Positions 62,367-64,000 of a stretch of DNA of 64,000 bases are shown one piece after another (positions within the stretch are counted from its first letter, which is position 1; each line of letters begins with the position of its first letter). The notes beneath the pieces were generated by a model. That model saw only the letters and a list, made by a program, of their open reading frames with translations. It had not been told where the DNA came from and did not search any database. Location of the stretch: positions 194-64,193 of the forward strand of contig JBHIBO010000009.1 in NCBI GenBank assembly GCA_046759185.1, read 5' to 3'. Source of the stretch: Thermoplasmata archaeon. GTDB lineage: Archaea > Thermoplasmatota > Thermoplasmata > RBG-16-68-12 > JAJISG01. Made by a program: the position numbers and the translations under genes.

Positions 62367-63569
62367 ATGTTCAACAGAAACACCACACTCTTGATTCTCG
62401 GCGGCGCCCTCGTGAGCGTCCCCATTGGCCTGGTTCTCGTCTCCCTTCCGGTCTATCTCGAACGCCTCCCGATGTTCGGGACGACGCTTATTGGGTTCGT
62501 GCTGACCGTGACGGGCGTGACAGCCGTTGCGCTGATGATCCCGGTCGGGCTGATGGCCGACCGTTTCGGGCGGCGGCGCATTCTCGCACTCGGCGGCCTC
62601 GTGGCGGCCCTCGCCCTGTATCTCTTGGGCTTGGCGGACTCTGTCCTGAGCGTGCTCGTCTTCGCGGTCCTCTTCGGTGCCTCCGAGGCGTTCTTCTACT
62701 CGACCTGGAACGCCTTGCTTGCGGATGCGAGTTCGGAACGGACCCGAACGATGGTCTTCGGGGTGAGCTTCACCGCGAGCGCCATCGGAATGGCGGCTGG
62801 AACCCTCATAGGGAGCGTGGCCGACCAAGGCATCCTGGGAGGCCTCACTCCTCAGGCTGCCTACCAGCCCCTCTTTCTCCTCCTGGGGACCCTCCTGCTC
62901 GTAGTCCCGGCAATCATACCCCTCCTGCGCTTGCCCCACAGAGGGAAGCCGACGGTACGGGGCCTCCTCCCTGCCGAATCCCGACGCGTGATAACCCGCT
63001 TTCTGGCCGCGAACATCCTCATCGGGACCGGGGCGGGCATGATTATCCCTCTCTTCTCGTTGTGGTTCTTCCGTCAGTTCGGCGTCGGCGAGACCTTCCT
63101 GGGACCCCTATTCGCTGTCTCGAGCATGGTTGCGGCCGCGGCCTTCTTGGTCGCCCCCTCCATCGCGCGACGTGCGGGCCTCATTCGGGCGGTCGTTTCC
63201 CTCCAGGTCGTGGCGACGCTCGTGCTCTTCCTCATACCGCCCGCGGCGGCCCTCGGAGCCTCGGCTCTGCTGGCGGTTTCCGTTCTCTACGTAGTCCGCA
63301 ACGCTCTGATGAACATGACCTGGCCCGTTCTCACGTCCTTCCTCATGGGGGCCGTGGACGTGAACGCCCGGTCCGCCGCAAGCGCGGTGACGTCCGTGTC
63401 CTTCCGCCTCCCCTTCGCGCTGAGCGTGAGCCTAGGCGCCTACCTGTTGGATATCGACCTCGCGCTCCCCTTCTTCGTCACGGGAGTCCTCTACGCTTTG
63501 GGTACCGCGGCCTTTTGGGCGTTCTTCCGAGGCTATGAGTTGCCCGAGGGGGAGGCGGTTCCCACATGA
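62367..63569 (+). CDS. MFS transporter
   Basis: Twelve predicted TM helices; MFS loop motif MADRFGRRRIL. Confidence 0.8.
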   Translation: MFNRNTTLLILGGALVSVPIGLVLVSLPVYLERLPMFGTTLIGFVLTVTGVTAVALMIPVGLMADRFGRRRILALGGLVAALALYLLGLADSVLSVLVFAVLFGASEAFFYSTWNALLADASSERTRTMVFGVSFTASAIGMAAGTLIGSVADQGILGGLTPQAAYQPLFLLLGTLLLVVPAIIPLLRLPHRGKPTVRGLLPAESRRVITRFLAANILIGTGAGMIIPLFSLWFFRQFGVGETFLGPLFAVSSMVAAAAFLVAPSIARRAGLIRAVVSLQVVATLVLFLIPPAAALGASALLAVSVLYVVRNALMNMTWPVLTSFLMGAVDVNARSAASAVTSVSFRLPFALSVSLGAYLLDIDLALPFFVTGVLYALGTAAFWAFFRGYELPEGEAVPT

Positions 63570-63618
63570 TCGCCGTCGAACACGACCCGTCCTCGACCGA
63601 TACCGCGGAGCCTGGGGG

Positions 63619-63985
63619 CTAGTAGGGCGGATTCCGGTAGGGCTCGGGGGTCTCCGGCTTCTCCACCTCGCGCCGGAGCACCTCCATGAGCTGTTTCTGG
63701 CGGATCTTGTCGAACCCGATGTAGAAGAGAAGGAGGCCTACGATGACGGTGGCTATGGACCCCATGAGGAAGAACGCCCGTCCCACCTCGTCGCTCAGCG
63801 TGAGGGCGATGAGTGCATCCGTGATGGCCGGGAACCCCGCCAAGACGGTGGCGATCCCCCCCCAACGCCACGAAGAAGGTGTCGATGACGATCAGCCCGC
63901 CGTAGATGAGCTGGCCCGCCGTGAGGAGGCCGTTGACGATCGTGTTCGCGAGGCTCCCGAGCCAGTCCCAGAAGTCCTGGGGCAT
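63619..63985 (-). pseudogene. Small membrane protein gene interrupted by a +1 frameshift in a C8/G8 homopolymer (63856-63863)
   Basis: ORF 63985-down (MPQDFWDWLGSLANTIVNGLLTAGQLIYGGLIVIDTFFVALGG...) loses frame exactly at the run of eight C. Removing one base joins it in frame to ORF 63619-63843 (...IATVLAGFPAITDALIAL...). Confidence 0.5.
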
Positions 63986-64000
63986 GGTGCCGGTGGGGCC

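Noticed and set aside
1-64000. CRISPR arrays, rRNA genes, transposases or integrases
   Set aside because: No short regularly spaced repeats, no rRNA-like conserved segments and no IS/integrase-like ORFs were seen. Every gap longer than 150 nt is listed above.

Overview
The window is a 64-kb, high-GC, coding-dense chromosomal segment that looks archaeal. Evidence for that: aIF-1A, Rio1 kinase, the KH protein Dim2, Nob1, Csl4, Nop5, leaderless-style TATA boxes (TTTATA/TCTATAAAG) about 25-40 nt upstream of start codons, and many genes overlapping by 1-4 nt. In high-GC DNA many long antisense ORFs arise by chance, and the ORF track also counts GTG/TTG as start codons, so several start positions were re-assigned by hand. 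The supported content is about 70 CDS plus one tRNA-Val(CAC). The main blocks are: (a) a CoA-biosynthesis pair (coaBC plus a GHMP kinase that is probably pantoate kinase) lying divergent to a FolC-endonuclease III fusion ORF; (b) a translation and ribosome-biogenesis neighbourhood: KH protein, Rio1, aIF-1A, Nob1, UppS, a CDIN1/TPD-type nuclease; (c) two E1-type sulfur-carrier modules, one of which is a mycobacterial-style CysO-MoeZ-rhodanese fusion next to a JAMM protease and CysM; (d) a suf Fe-S cluster assembly locus split into two divergent units (sufC-sufS-sufU and sufC-sufB-sufD-Rieske) around a double-HTH, Cys-rich regulator, with the same palindrome ATAACG-N-CGTTAT in front of both units; (e) oxidative decarboxylation genes: a 2-oxoacid dehydrogenase E1 alpha/beta pair, a two-subunit 2-oxoacid:ferredoxin oxidoreductase, and a four-subunit one; (f) a co-directional string korD(wHTH-ferredoxin fusion)-korA-korB-korC-hdrA::mvhD-hdrD-like-etfA-etfB, which looks like a single electron-transfer (possibly flavin-based bifurcation) complex; (g) a wHTH regulator followed by four tandem paralogous small two-TM proteins; (h) housekeeping and stress genes: ppdK, tmk, msrA, osmC, trxA, aminopeptidase N, larC, an arsC-type phosphatase, acyl-CoA synthetase, MFS transporter, MtnA/e2b2, Nop5. 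No rRNA, CRISPR array or obvious mobile element was seen.
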